From Eledone cirrhosa (taxonomy: Eukaryota): a stretch of 64,000 nt of DNA. A model generated the notes under the pieces. The model saw only the letters and a list, made by a program, of their open reading frames with translations. It made no database searches and was not told the DNA's origin. Where the stretch lies: assembly GCA_964016885.1 (NCBI GenBank), contig OZ024740.1, forward strand, positions 167,214,001 through 167,278,000, written 5' to 3'. Positions 13,921-28,509 of this stretch are shown in pieces. Every line of letters starts with the position of its first letter. The stretch's first letter is position 1. Both the position numbers and the translations under genes were made by a program.

Positions 13921-16556
13921 CTCCATATATATATATATATCAGAAAAATTATGTCACTGATATAGAGATAATCTTAATAAATGATAGCTAAATGTATACA
14001 AAAGAGTATTGTGTAAACAGATATATAACTTATACAAATCTAGCTATAGGCTTATTCCTAATATAGTGGCTTGAAACAAGTTCCACAGATAATCACACTA
14101 TTACTCAAGTTTTCACTGATAAGACAATATTGGACATTGCATTACAAAAAATAATGAACCAGTATGTAAGAACTCCGTTTCGTTAAATAGCATTCTTTGA
14201 TTGTATAAATCAATATCCACCTGTTAATCGACGGAAGGCATCAACTGCTGTATCAACATGGTGTACGTTTCCACGCATGCGTAGATTAAGCTAGCAAGTA
14301 AACATCTGTAGATCAGGATAGTGAGGAGTATAAATACTGAGTATAAAGGAGTAGCAAATATCAAACAGAAAAATATTAGGCCCTGATGTACAGAACATCT
14401 CAATAAATGATAGCTAACAATATCATAGGAAATTATGTAAACATATATAGAATAACTTATATACCATCCTTGGTAGATCACGCTTGTTGAAGTCTGTATT
14501 CTAGGAATCTGCCTATAGCTAACTTTTTATAAGCTAGTCTATGTATGTTTATATATATAGTAGAATAAAGTAACATGGATTAGCTTACATTAAAGTATTT
14601 AATTGATTTACGAACGTATCTATCATCCTTTTTACTAATTTCTTCGGAATCCATTAAACAATATAAATAACATATTTGCTATCGATGTTCAGACATCTAT
14701 TCAAAAATGTGAGTAAATGTTAAAATGCAGTTGGTAACTATTTTTAAAGAGGAAAAGAATGGAACATCTTACTGTATTAATAGAAACGCTCATAAATCAC
14801 TTAAATAATTTAATGTAATTTAATACTGCGCATTTTATTATTTTATACATACTCTGTGATATTGTAAACCTACTGTGATTGGAAATTAACTGATTGGATT
14901 AAACTCAGAACAATCATTTACCTATCTTGCTGTGAGCGATAAAATCCCATTTGCGCACTGAATTATTATTTTTTTTTTTTGCCTTTTGTGGTTGTGTTAT
15001 CAACTCGTCTAAACTATTATATATATGCAGTTAGGCCAACTGATTTTAATTTCAAAGGATTTAATTTCTTTTAATCACTAACTTTGCACAAGTCTTCCAA
15101 CCCTTGTAGTTACTTTTGATAGTTACATCCCTTTACCTTATCTAAAAGATTTTGTTATTAATAGCTAAATACGACAATACCTGCCCTTCAAGAACTCTCG
15201 TGCATTTTCTAAAAACTCAAATCGACCTGTATAGGTAGCAAATTGATAACATGAAATTAGATTACGTCTGAATACCAATAATAATATTTTTAAATGCCGA
15301 GAACAGATTATCATGCACACATTCAAAATAGATATAAAGTTGAAACGTTATTAAAAGTTATTTTAACAACCTTGGCACAGTACGAGAAGACTCGCCCAGA
15401 ATTAGAGTGGAATATAGCGACTAAAGGAGGTTTCGGAAGAAGCAGAGAATAGATTACCAAAAAAGAAAACAAATTGAAATGAATAAAGAAAAAAAGAGAC
15501 TACATGAGATTGATGAAGGACCATATGTATATAACTGTTGTTTGATACCGTCTGGGGCTATTTAAGCATAAACATCTGATCCATGAATTTCAAACCTTGA
15601 TGAAACAATTCAACAAAATGAGATTGAGAAATTTCAACAAGAAACACTACAATAATTCTATACCATAGAATTGTGAAAGAAAATATATAAAGGAAAGAAT
15701 GAAAGAACATATAAAACATAGTAAAGAAGAAATCAACATATAAAAGAAGAAATCAAAATGCAATCAAAATGATCAAATGTCAAATTGTAGTAAAATAACA
15801 AAAAACTAATATTTCTAGTATGTGAAGTAAAAAAACGATTAAATATTAAAAGACTGAAATATTAAAAGACTGAAAATCAAGAACAGAAACATGCTGGTAC
15901 AAGTATGGTGAAGAAATATCGATGATATCATTAAAATGTCTGTGCACACAGCCATGTAATAAATATTTATTTCCATATGATTGCCATGTTAAAAAAATAA
16001 TTGCACTACTATATGAATCTAGTAAAGATCGTTTTAATATTGTTGCTCACAGAACTGAAAACAAATACCAAATTCAAATACTAGAAAAACGTATTGGTTA
16101 TTGAACTGGAGAAATAATATAAGACTAAGTCCGTATGATAAAAATGGCTATTAAGAGCACATGAATGTAAACTGATTATATTGACTATAAAAAAGAGTTT
16201 GACATGACTATTCATGACAAATTATTATCAGTAATTTTCTCCACATGTATATGCATGTGTGTATGTAATGTTTCTGTGTGTAAGTATTGTAAAAAACATA
16301 TTCATCAAGTTGTAAGTCATTTGATAATTAAGAATCATTCATATTCCCATGTTAGTTCTTCCCTTCGTTTCTTTGTACTTTTTTCCAATGACAAATCTCG
16401 AAAACAAACCTTAATATTTCAGAGTTTTTTATTCACTGTGACACAATTTTAATGGCGGTTATGTTTTCCTTTTGTAGGTTATAGACAAGGTAACGCTGGT
16501 TCGTTCGTTTCTTATTCGTTCTCAAAAAAATTATCTTTTTTGTCGTTCAGAACAAT

Positions 16557-16788
16557 TTATCGCTGCCATAAAATAATGTTATGTCCTTCTTGCAGCTGTG
16601 TGTACGAGAAACAAGAATGCAATATGTTGACCCCAGAGTTATTAAAACTTTCCAGGAACTCTTCCAATACGGACACCTTCGAAATATTGTTGGCGACTCT
16701 CAACAAACATCCATTATTAATATCATCGTCTATAAACGCCACTAGGGCCAGACAAACAAAGAACATCGCATACCTGGCTCCTATCTCT
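16557..16788 (-). other. Possible host exon or unknown coding relic
   Basis: A polypyrimidine tttttcag acceptor-like site precedes an open frame IGARYAMFFVCLALVAFIDDDINNGCLLRVANN...WQR*. No family recognised. Confidence 0.2.
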
Positions 16789-18018
16789 GAAAAAATATTT
16801 ACTTGAATTCACCAGTAACACTACGTTGTGGACCAATAAATACAGTAAGGTCATGTCCATTGCACAAAGTTGTACAATATTCGAGGAAAAACTATTATTG
16901 TTTTCAGGTATTTTCTTTCATACTTAAAAGATAATTAATTTTCTAGTATTTTCGATATCATTCATTTCAATTATATATATATTCCTGCCATTTGTATGGA
17001 TCTACTTTCTATTCAGTTGGCAAAACATATATGCGGGTGTGTCTGTAAATTTCAATCAACAAATTAAAATATTAATTCATCCATTAATACATTTCCTTAT
17101 GTCTTTTTTATTTACATTGCAAAAGTTGGATAGTATCGTCCTGGAAATCAGAATACACTTCGGGTCAATATTAGTATTTAAGAAAAACTAATAACTTTAT
17201 CATGAAGGCCTTCCCTGAGAATGTTTTGGTTATCAGATCATAAACTTTTTCTATAAACGTATTTTATGACACATATAAAACCTCTTTGCATTGATTCCAC
17301 TCAAATAGATTCTTTTTATTTTTCTTCTGCTTATGCATAATGTTGGATTGTACAGATTGTGTCTATTTTATAAAGATTTCATCCGAGTGTCAAGTTTAAA
17401 GTCGTCTGACTCTTGCTGAGACAAAACGTCGTGATCGGGATCGAATAAAACCAAAAGCCAATATTGTCTAATGAATAGAGAAGTTGACGCTTTATAATTA
17501 AATAAATACATAACTAAATAATCAACAATGACTCTCACTCCGGCAATATCATAAATGTTAGCAGCCCTTTGGTTAGTTAATCACTACATACCTTCTCCTT
17601 TCCTTTGTACACAGATAAAATTGAAATGTATTTATGATAATATATTATCTTTAACCATTTTCAACGTGGTCATTTCTATATAATGATACGCTAGACGCGG
17701 ACACAATGCGGGTGAGTTAATGACGGAAATTATATTCCGTTTCAGCTCTCATAAGTGATCGTGTAACAGTGATGAAACACGTGTTAGGTAAATCGTTTTT
17801 CTAATCTCTTCTCTCTTCTCGCCTAGTTTTTCCTAATGCGCAATTTATAGAAATTTACACCGTGAAACCTTTTTAGAACCTTGTACGAGACTCGATGATT
17901 CAACATCCGGAAGCTTATCTAACTCCATTAGCTTATCATTCACATATATCCACACACACACGCACACATACACACACAGACACACACACAAACAGACACA
18001 CACACACACTCACACACA

Positions 18019-18061
<43 letters not shown>

Positions 18062-18081
18062 ACACACACACACACACACAT

Positions 18082-18115
<34 letters not shown>

Positions 18116-18855
18116 TTATATATAATATTGGATATGAATCGAAGATTTAGCCGCCATATAGTAGTTACTATATAAGCTTAAGAGGTGAAGATGCGTGCCG
18201 TAACAGTAAATTACGAATTGAAACATTTTCTTTTGTTTTTGTATGAGAAGCAGCAACATCATAGTCTCCACACGTAAGACGCTTAACTGGAATAAGCCAC
18301 TCTATGATTTCATACACTTACAATCAGGATATATTAATGGGAAAGTGGTATGTAAGTGTTCATTATCTTTTAGGTATGTCTAAGTTTTTACTGTTCCAGT
18401 GCGATATTGCATGTGTATGTGTGTGTATATCTATCTGTATAAATATGTATGAGTGCGTATCTGCGTGTGTTTACATGTAGGTAAATGAATGATTGTTTTT
18501 ATTTTTGCTTTGATTCTCATTTTTTGGGGTAAAGTGGGGAAATCAGTTTCTTTGTATTTAACAAGTCATAAATAAATAGTGTTTCATATTGCAAAATGGT
18601 GCCTAAAAAGATAACTAACATCAACATGCTAACAGCGAATATTTTTTATTCCACCGCTGCAATTCGCAAGGAACTATTTCGATATACCGGAATTCAGTTT
18701 CGTTATGGTATTTGCTTCAAACACAATATCATAAACCAATTATAGGAATAAATAATAATACAGCATTTCTCTATATCTTTTCATGTGTCAGTCTTTCATG
18801 TTAACACTACGAGAGAATTTTCTCAACAATAGTTTACATACATACTTACAGAAAC

Positions 18856-18917
<62 letters not shown>

Positions 18918-18939
18918 GTTTATATATATACATACAGAC

Positions 18940-18994
<55 letters not shown>

Positions 18995-19061
18995 TTATAC
19001 ATACATACTTACATACATACATACATATGTTTATATATATATATATATACACACACACATT

Positions 19062-19115
<54 letters not shown>

Positions 19116-19259
19116 AAAAAGAGATAAATCGAAAATGCAACTGGAGTCTTATTTTTTTTTTTTTAAATATATATATTTATTTGGTTCCTTTAGCTGTTTC
19201 GCAGTTCTTCTGCTTTTCAAAAGGTGAGTTGAGATGGAGGGTCTGTGGTTTTTGTAAAC

Positions 19260-19490
<231 letters not shown>

Positions 19491-19491
19491 T

Positions 19492-20033
<542 letters not shown>

Positions 20034-20372
20034 CTTTACGATCTGAGTTCAAATCCCGCCGAGGTTGACTTTGCCTTTCATCCTTACGGGGTCGATAAAA
20101 TAAAGTACCAGTAATGCACTGGGTAATTGCTGGCCTTGTGCCTAAAGTAGAAACAATTATTTATATTAATGGCGGGGATTGGCAGTATCAGTAGAAGGTC
20201 TGACGCCATACTTTGCAGCAAAGAGTTACGTCCCTTTTTTGGTCTGAGTTCAAATCCCGCCGTGGTTAACTTTACTCTTCATCCTTACAGCGTCGATGAA
20301 ATAAAGTACCAGTAATACACTGGGGTAATTGCTAGCCTGTTGCCAGAAGTAGAAACAATTATTTATATTAAT
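20034..20372 (+). mobile_element. Two tandem tRNA-derived SINE copies (octopus-type): partial 20034-20170 and 20171-20372
   Basis: B-box-like gagttcaaatccc, followed by gccgaggttgactttgcctttcatcc..gggtcgataaaataaagtaccagt, repeated twice. A-box-like tggcagtatcagtag in the second copy. Family name from recall, not from a search. Confidence 0.8.
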
Positions 20373-21227
20373 GAAGTATGTTGATTGGATTCCTCTCATC
20401 ACTTCTGGTGAAGGGGAATAAAAAATATATGTCATATCCAACGATAACTATTATTTCATACTATTCAAAATGATGACAAGGCGTCTTTTTTTCGTATTTC
20501 ATCTCTTTCATTCTTTCTAATTATGTATTTCTCACCTAGGTTTTTTTGACTGCATTTCTTCTTTCTTGTTTCTATTTTTGCTTTATGGATCCATCGCTAC
20601 CAGGTATTTCGAAAGCTGCTTCGTTATAGAATGAACTATTATGTGTAAACAACATATTGAGCGAAGGTGGTGATAACAATTAGGTTTAAATAACAATTAC
20701 GTTTAAAAAATGGTAAATCATAATAGCTAAATGGAAGACTTAATAGGGCCTCTAGCTAATAATAATCGGCCAGCGAAAGCGAACCCAGCCATTATATAAT
20801 GTTTTATTTTTAAATATTATACACTCCTTATACCTTTGTAGATACAGATCCATGTATTTATGACATTATATATAAACTAAATATATCTGCTTGTGTAATA
20901 AGGAGACAGGATATATTGAAACTCCGAAATATATATCAAAATTAATAAGAAATCTGACGTTTACAATAACGTAGTCTGTGATAATAACACTATCCTGAAT
21001 ATATCATTTTGTGTGTATTAGAAGTTGAATCCACTTCCTCAAGTGGTTTTACGTGACACATTACAAACAAGTAATCATTTTCTTTTCTTATACGTATTTG
21101 CCAGTGAATCGTGTTTCTCTATATATTCTTTTTCAAAACAAATACGAATAGGAAGTATGTATCACATACTCAGCTGGAATTAAACCTTTTTAATAGTAAT
21201 AAAAATTAACATTACAGTGTAATAAGA

Positions 21228-21360
21228 GATGTGATTTGGCCGTATCGGAACTCCGTCAGACAAAGAGCTTGCGGCATCTAGTTACAACTTTATACGATCT
21301 GAATTCAAATCTCACCGAGGCCAACTTTGCTTTTCGTTTTTCAGAGATAGACGAAAGAAG
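21228..21360 (+). mobile_element. Degenerate SINE, same family
   Basis: tacgatctgaattcaaatctcaccgaggccaactttgcttttcg. Confidence 0.6.
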
Positions 21361-21514
21361 GAAATTGAATTTGCTCTACATCTAAATAGCTGAAACTGGG
21401 CCAATGTAAGAAACAACGAATATTTCAATGTACATAATATATATACAATATGTATGTTTATATGTATATATTATACATATATGTGTGTATGCACACTCAC
21501 AAAGACACACACAT

Positions 21515-21547
<33 letters not shown>

Positions 21548-22118
21548 AATATATATCTATTGTTTAATATATATATGTGTATGTAATTATCTACCAATAC
21601 ATATATGTGTATACATATGTATGCCTACATGGACTTAAGGTTACTGTTTCGTGTAAGACAAAAGAATTCCGTACTCCATGGTCTTAACCCTTTCACTTAT
21701 AGACCATTTCTCCATAAAAGTTATTTTTCTTCAAAACGGTATATTGGGATTTTCTAAACTGTCTATCATTACAGACATATAAGACCGCAAGTCATTACCA
21801 CATTACCACCGCCTGTCGTATCTCACTGATTTTCAAAATCTCGTGCTGTCATCTTCAATGGCAGACTTCATTTTATAGCATGCAATCAGATAATATCGCA
21901 GACACCCTTTTGCTTATTGCTTGTTTTAATCAGATTTAATCGGAGTCTAACCCTCGATACTATCTCATGTCACTTCTCAGGTTCAACTTGTAATGAGCAT
22001 TTGCCATAAAATTAGGGTGGAAACTTTCATTTAATTAAGAAATGTAATTTGGTATTTATTACACATTTCATTTGCTTATTTGATACACCCCCACAAACAA
22101 AGATACACATACACGCAA

Positions 22119-22664
<546 letters not shown>

Positions 22665-22724
22665 TATATATATATATATATATATACATATATATCCTAT
22701 ATACATATATATATATATATATAT

Positions 22725-23248
22725 ATAAATCAGGAAAGAAGGTTTACATGGTTTGCTATACAAAAAAGTTTTTAATCACATAGCTTACATTTGTTTCACT
22801 GAACTGGTATGTCTAGAGATCGCTATCCGCCTAATTTTGCGTCACTCGATCGCCAATACAGAATTATAACCAGTCAGATCTTCGGAGCATGCGAGAATGA
22901 AGAAAATACACAGGCAAGAAAATAAAAGAAAATATGGAGTAGTTATGGCATTCAATTAGAACAATAAACAACAACAATTATTACAACAATGCTATCAATA
23001 AACTATTTAAGGAGACCCTGACATTACTTAGGTGGGGTGTATATAATGTATCTAATGTTACGGCGTGAAAACCAGCTGTCATAAGGCAAAAAGTATCGTA
23101 GTGTGTATCAATTTTAAATTATAAAGATAAGCTAGTTTTTACAGTCTTTCTCTTCATCTTCAACCGTATACATGAGTGGGACCACTGTCAAAGCTCAATA
23201 GTTGTAGAGTTAATACAGAGGTCAACGAATTAATATACGCATATATCT

Positions 23249-23309
<61 letters not shown>

Positions 23310-23845
23310 AATATAAATACATATACACATATATGTGTACATAGACACATACATACACACTAATATACACTCGTACAAAAATATACATACATGCAAAGAG
23401 AAAAGCGTGCTAATTGTAATATGGCAAAAAGAAGGTAAAGTAACATTGTAGTAGTGAAATGAGAAAAACTAGGATCTAGGATCAAATGATTGCAGCAGCT
23501 GAGAAGGAGTAAGATTGTTGGTAGATGAGGTATTTACAGACTATTGTGTGGTATAGACTTGTGAAGGAAATAGTATACTTAATGAATATATATTTTTTTT
23601 TTTTTTTTTGTGGGTAGTAGGTATCCTAATTTAAAGCTATGTTATGTTGGTTCGATTCACGGAGGTTTGAATCTTATGAATTTAGTGACTATTCTATGCC
23701 TGCAGAAGATAGATCTTTACCTTCTTTTTGCCATATTACAATTAGCACGCTTTTCTCTTTGCATGTATGTATATTTTTGTACGAGTGTATATTAGTGTGT
23801 ATGTATGTGTCTATGTACACATATATGTGTATATGTATTTATATT

Positions 23846-23902
<57 letters not shown>

Positions 23903-24593
23903 AGATATATGCGTATATTAATTCGTTAACCTCTGTATTAACTCTACAACTATTGAGCTTTGACAGTGGTCCCACTCATGTATACGGTTGAAGATGAAGA
24001 GAAAGACTGTAAAAACTAGCTTATCTTTATAATTTAAAATTGATACACACTACGATACTTTTTGCCTTATGACAGCTGGTTTTCACGCCGTAACATTAGA
24101 TACATTATATACACCCCACCTAAGTAATGTCAGGGTCTCCTTAAATAGTTTATTGATAGCATTGTTGTAATAATTGTTGTTGTTTATTGTTCTAATTGAA
24201 TGCCATAACTACTCCATATTTTCTTTTATTTTCTTGCCTGTGTATTTTCTTCATTCTCGCATGCTCCGAAGATCTGACTGGTTATAATTCTGTATTGGCG
24301 ATCGAGTGACGCAAAATTAGGCGGATAGCGATCTCTAGACATACCAGTTCAGTGAAACAAATGTAAGCTATGTGATTAAAAACTTTTTTGTATAGCAAAC
24401 CATGTAAACCTTCTTTCCTGATTTATTATTACTCCAAGTGTTTACAACATAGGAATTACAGCATACCCGCAGCATCACTATGAAAACGCCTTGTTGAGTC
24501 AAACCAAGCCAAGCGTTAATATCATCCACTACCTGGAATACCATAACTGGACTTCACCTAAGTGGACTGCATTTAACTATTATTTGTTAATCC

Positions 24594-24594
<1 letters not shown>
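22725..24594. mobile_element. Young inverted Naiad-like PLE 3' insertion: ~710-bp arms 22725-23440 and 23715-24426, tail to 24594
   Basis: Arms are nearly identical. The spacer on the minus strand encodes the endonuclease end (IFCRHRIVTKFIRFKPP*). Duplicated flanks at 22681-22712 and 24621-24652. Confidence 0.9.
24263..24368 (+). ncRNA. Variant HHR (CCGAAGA core, very long stem II); mirror copy 22783-22888 on minus
   Basis: gcu CCGAAGA ucuga-cuggu ... accagu-ucagu GAAA caaaug UA agc, followed by ATTAAA. Confidence 0.7.
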
Positions 24595-24632
<38 letters not shown>

Positions 24633-24664
24633 TATCCTATATACATATATATACATATATATAC

Positions 24665-24747
<83 letters not shown>

Positions 24748-24996
24748 TATCCTAAGGAGATAAAAGAACCATTGTACGGAAATAAAATCGACTTCAATAT
24801 TTTGTTTGGGAGATGTATCAGACGAATTATGATTTCTTATTTTTCTCACCTCTCCTGTAGTTATCTGATTTTAAATCATGGTTCTACACACACACATAGA
24901 CAGACATACTCACACACTCACCCAAACACATGCTACGTCGAGCTTGCAGTCGAACTACTATCTCTGATGTATATATATATATATATATTTATTAAA

Positions 24997-25062
<66 letters not shown>

Positions 25063-25070
<8 letters not shown>

Positions 25071-25485
25071 TGATATTAAATAAATGGAAACAATATTTAT
25101 AAAACCATATTTATTCTATTATATATATTTCAAGGGTACCAAAAATGTTGGTACGTAATCATCAGATAAAATACAGAATGTTTTTAAAATATTTGACATG
25201 ACCAACGATGATATACCTTAACGGTTCAAGTTATCCCTGGAAGCGTTAAGGTATATCATCCTTGGTCACGTCAAATATTTTAAAAACATTTTGTATTTAA
25301 TCTGATGATAGCGTACCAACATTTTTGGTACCCTTGTAATGTATATAATAGAATAAATATGGTTTTATAAATATAGTTTCCATTTATTTAATATCAATTG
25401 TATACTTACTCCAGAAAACCGCCGAGTGCTTTGATCAGTTGTAAATATCTATATTTGTTGGATTCCCAACAAATTAAATATGTCT

Positions 25486-25488
<3 letters not shown>
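25063..25488 (+). mobile_element. Inverted PLE pLTR pair, family B: arms 25063-25223 and 25244-25404, tail to 25488
   Basis: Imperfect inverted arms in (TA)n. Homologous to 52736-53328. Confidence 0.88.
25117..25168 (-). ncRNA. Type I HHR (canonical core); mirror copy 25299-25350 has GUAA instead of GAAA
   Basis: uau CUGAUGA uuac-guaccaa-cauuu-uugguac-ccuu GAAA uauaua UA aua g AAUAAA. Confidence 0.8.
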
Positions 25489-25516
<28 letters not shown>

Positions 25517-25575
25517 CTTTAGGAGTTTTCAGTTATATATCTAGACTTCAGGCGTCAATATTGCTTGTGTTACGG

Positions 25576-26197
25576 CTCAGAAATATTTCTTTCTTTGAGC
25601 TATTTCATTGTAAAGGAATGCTTGAGTTTTGAACTCAATACACTTAATATAATTGCTCCTTACGTTGAGCTGATAGTAGCCCCATATATACGGCTGTTAT
25701 TTCTAGCAGTACGAGTATGAGGCTGGCTAGAAACTGGAAAACCATGTCTTAAACCATGTGCGTTAAACAGTCTTTTAAAATATTTAGAAGTGAAGCATAT
25801 CAATTTGTTCAGGATGTTTACTGATGTGAGCTGGACATGATATCCTTACACTTATTCATCTCGAAACATATTTGGATTTTAAAGTTTAAACTTATCTACG
25901 GAACAGGTTTGATTTTGAAATTTAATTTTGTCTAAACACCATGGCCATTTGCCAATACTGTTTGTTTTTATTGATTTATTATTTTAAATCGAGATAGGCA
26001 AACTGTAATATTATAATTAGTATATTTCATTCTAGCTAACTTAATTTCTTTTACAATATAAACACAGATATGTTGGTATTTGTGTTTCATCATATATATT
26101 AATTTATATTTACTTGTATTATACGTCTCAGAAATATTTCTTTCTTTGAGCTATTTCATTGTAAAGGAATGCTTGAGTTTTGAACTCAATACACTTA

Positions 26198-26202
<5 letters not shown>
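25576..26202 (+). repeat. 76-bp identical direct repeats (25576-25651, 26127-26202) enclosing a degenerate HHR-like motif at about 25816-25875
   Basis: ctcagaaatatttc...cacttaatata occurs twice. Internal CUGAUGU gag...cuc GAAA cauauu. Confidence 0.7.
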
Positions 26203-26232
<30 letters not shown>

Positions 26233-26274
26233 AATGAAAGGATACGTTTCTTCACGAATGAACGTCTGTTTTAT

Positions 26275-26548
26275 ACTTTTCCGTTACAAACCTGGTCAAG
26301 TTGTTTTTGTAGAAGGCCAGCAGAACACCATCCATACCAGTCTTTCTTCTCCACACCACCGATATTCTCCAAGACAAAAGCCCATGCAGCTTGGTACCTG
26401 TGACGTCGCAACTCATTTCTACTGCTGACTGAAGGGAATCAACCTGAAATAAATTATCTTTCTCAAGGGTTCACCGCATGGCCCGATCCGATAATTGTAC
26501 TCAAAACCTCTCAACCCTAAATCTGATGCTCTAACCAGTACACCAAGT
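26275..26548 (-). mobile_element. tRNA-derived SINE, second family (CORE-like central domain)
   Basis: Head ggtgtactggttagagcatcagatt...ggttttgagtac, then cccttgagaaagataatttatttcaggttgattcccttcagtcagcagtagaaatgagt. Confidence 0.55.
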
Positions 26549-26595
26549 ATATTCATGCATATATATTTAGTCACACATACATAGGTACATATATA

Positions 26596-26756
<161 letters not shown>

Positions 26757-28083
26757 CATATATGCATTTATGCATTAGATATCTACTCTGATGTGCTGAA
26801 ATAAAAATAAAACACTGTGTATGTTTCAACTGTTTCATCATTTAATCGAAGCCGAAAAGACAACTAACGCCGCTCAGATCTGAATTGATTGATGAGGTTA
26901 GATATTAGGATTGTGTCCCTTGTTGGCTGTCAATACGACTTAATCAAGCGTTCACTCGCTTGAACGGACAACGCAATAGCAGCATCAACAAATTGAATAC
27001 AATCAAGGAAATACAAAGCATTATGATTAATTTCTCATATCTCTTGAAAAATTGCAGGTGATTTATACATTGCTTTGTGAATGTATTGTACGTTGACAGC
27101 CCATTGGGGTGTCGAACGTGGAAATTAGGAAATTGAAGTCTACTGACTTCTTTCATTCTTTCACGCCCTTTGCCGTCTTCAACGTCCTTATCTCATACTT
27201 ACTGAGGTGTATACATCTCTATCTATCACTGGAGTTAGTCACTATATTGCAGAGTATATCCTTCGTTTATAAGCCTGAAGAATTGATAGCTTAGGGTTTG
27301 AGATTCCTGAACAATTTGTGGGAGTTGCATAAAATGTGTGCAAATATCTATGCACAAACGCATACATGCATACATACATGCATACATAAATACGTACATA
27401 CATACACATATATATATTTATATATATTGCATTATTGCATGCTTATATATATATACATATATATATATTTATATATAATAGACTAGACGTGTGTGCGGGT
27501 GTGTGTGTATGTGTGTGTGTGTCTCTGTCGAAAGTAGGGCTAACGTTTTTATGGTAAACATATTAGGGTAAGTAGCGCTCGTCAAACTCTGTTCAGTTGC
27601 ACGCTAAATCTGTTCGGAGAGGCATGAAGGTCATATCAACCAATTTCCCTTTCCGACAAGAGAATTTATTAATTTTATCGATGTTGAAGTGGGATAAATA
27701 TTGTGCCATAACTGTATAAAGCTATGTTGACTGTATTAGATTATTTGAATTTGTTATTAGTCTCTCATGTGTAAACATTCAGTTTCTTTTTATCCAGATT
27801 TCTCAACTATTATGAATAATGATTCACTACGATTATATTCACCTACGCTGGGAGGGCTATATTTCAAATATATAAAATATTTTTAAATTCACAGTTGCAC
27901 TAATAATATGCCAAGTAGTACGTCCACTTTAAATGATAGGGTTTATAAGACCCTCGGTTATATATCCCTGTGGTTACTTAGAAGGTATACGTATCTTCAT
28001 GTATATATAAATGCTTTCAATTTATATATACTATTACGTAGTCTTTTTTACCTCTATAATTCAGCTATTTAGTTCACACCTTA

Positions 28084-28192
28084 ATAATAATTGTTTCTAC
28101 GTTTGGCACGGGGCCAGTAATTAAACCAGTGTATTACTGGTATTTTACTTTATGGAACCCGTAAGGATGAAAGGCTCAGTTAACCTCAGCGA
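28084..28192 (-). mobile_element. SINE 3' fragment
   Basis: Reverse complement of the 20050-20160 region (gctgaggttaac...ttcatccttacggg...aaagt..taccagtaatacactgg...ccgtgcc..gtagaaacaattatt). Confidence 0.7.
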
Positions 28193-28436
28193 TAATAACA
28201 ATCATAATAAATACTGATAATTTGTTAATTCCTACATTGCAAGTTTAAATACTGCAGATCTGAACTTTGCTGGTCATTTATACGGTGTTGTTAAAATAGA
28301 TTACTCATTAAGCGTGGGAGGTCACTTCCATCTCTCAACAATATTCCTGGCCATGTGCAAAAATTAAAAATCACACATTCACTCACATACTAAGACACAC
28401 ACACACACACAATCACACTCACACATATACATACAC

Positions 28437-28506
<70 letters not shown>

Positions 28507-28509
<3 letters not shown>

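Noticed and set aside
17745-17790. GAAA cacgug UU motif
   Set aside because: A palindromic stem III is present but there is no recognisable CUGANGA core. Too decayed to call.
26940-27295. Possible decayed CR1/L2 RT fragment (similar hints at 2400-2800, 15150-16200 and 30240-30800)
   Set aside because: Only vague motif resemblance by eye. Needs a translated search.
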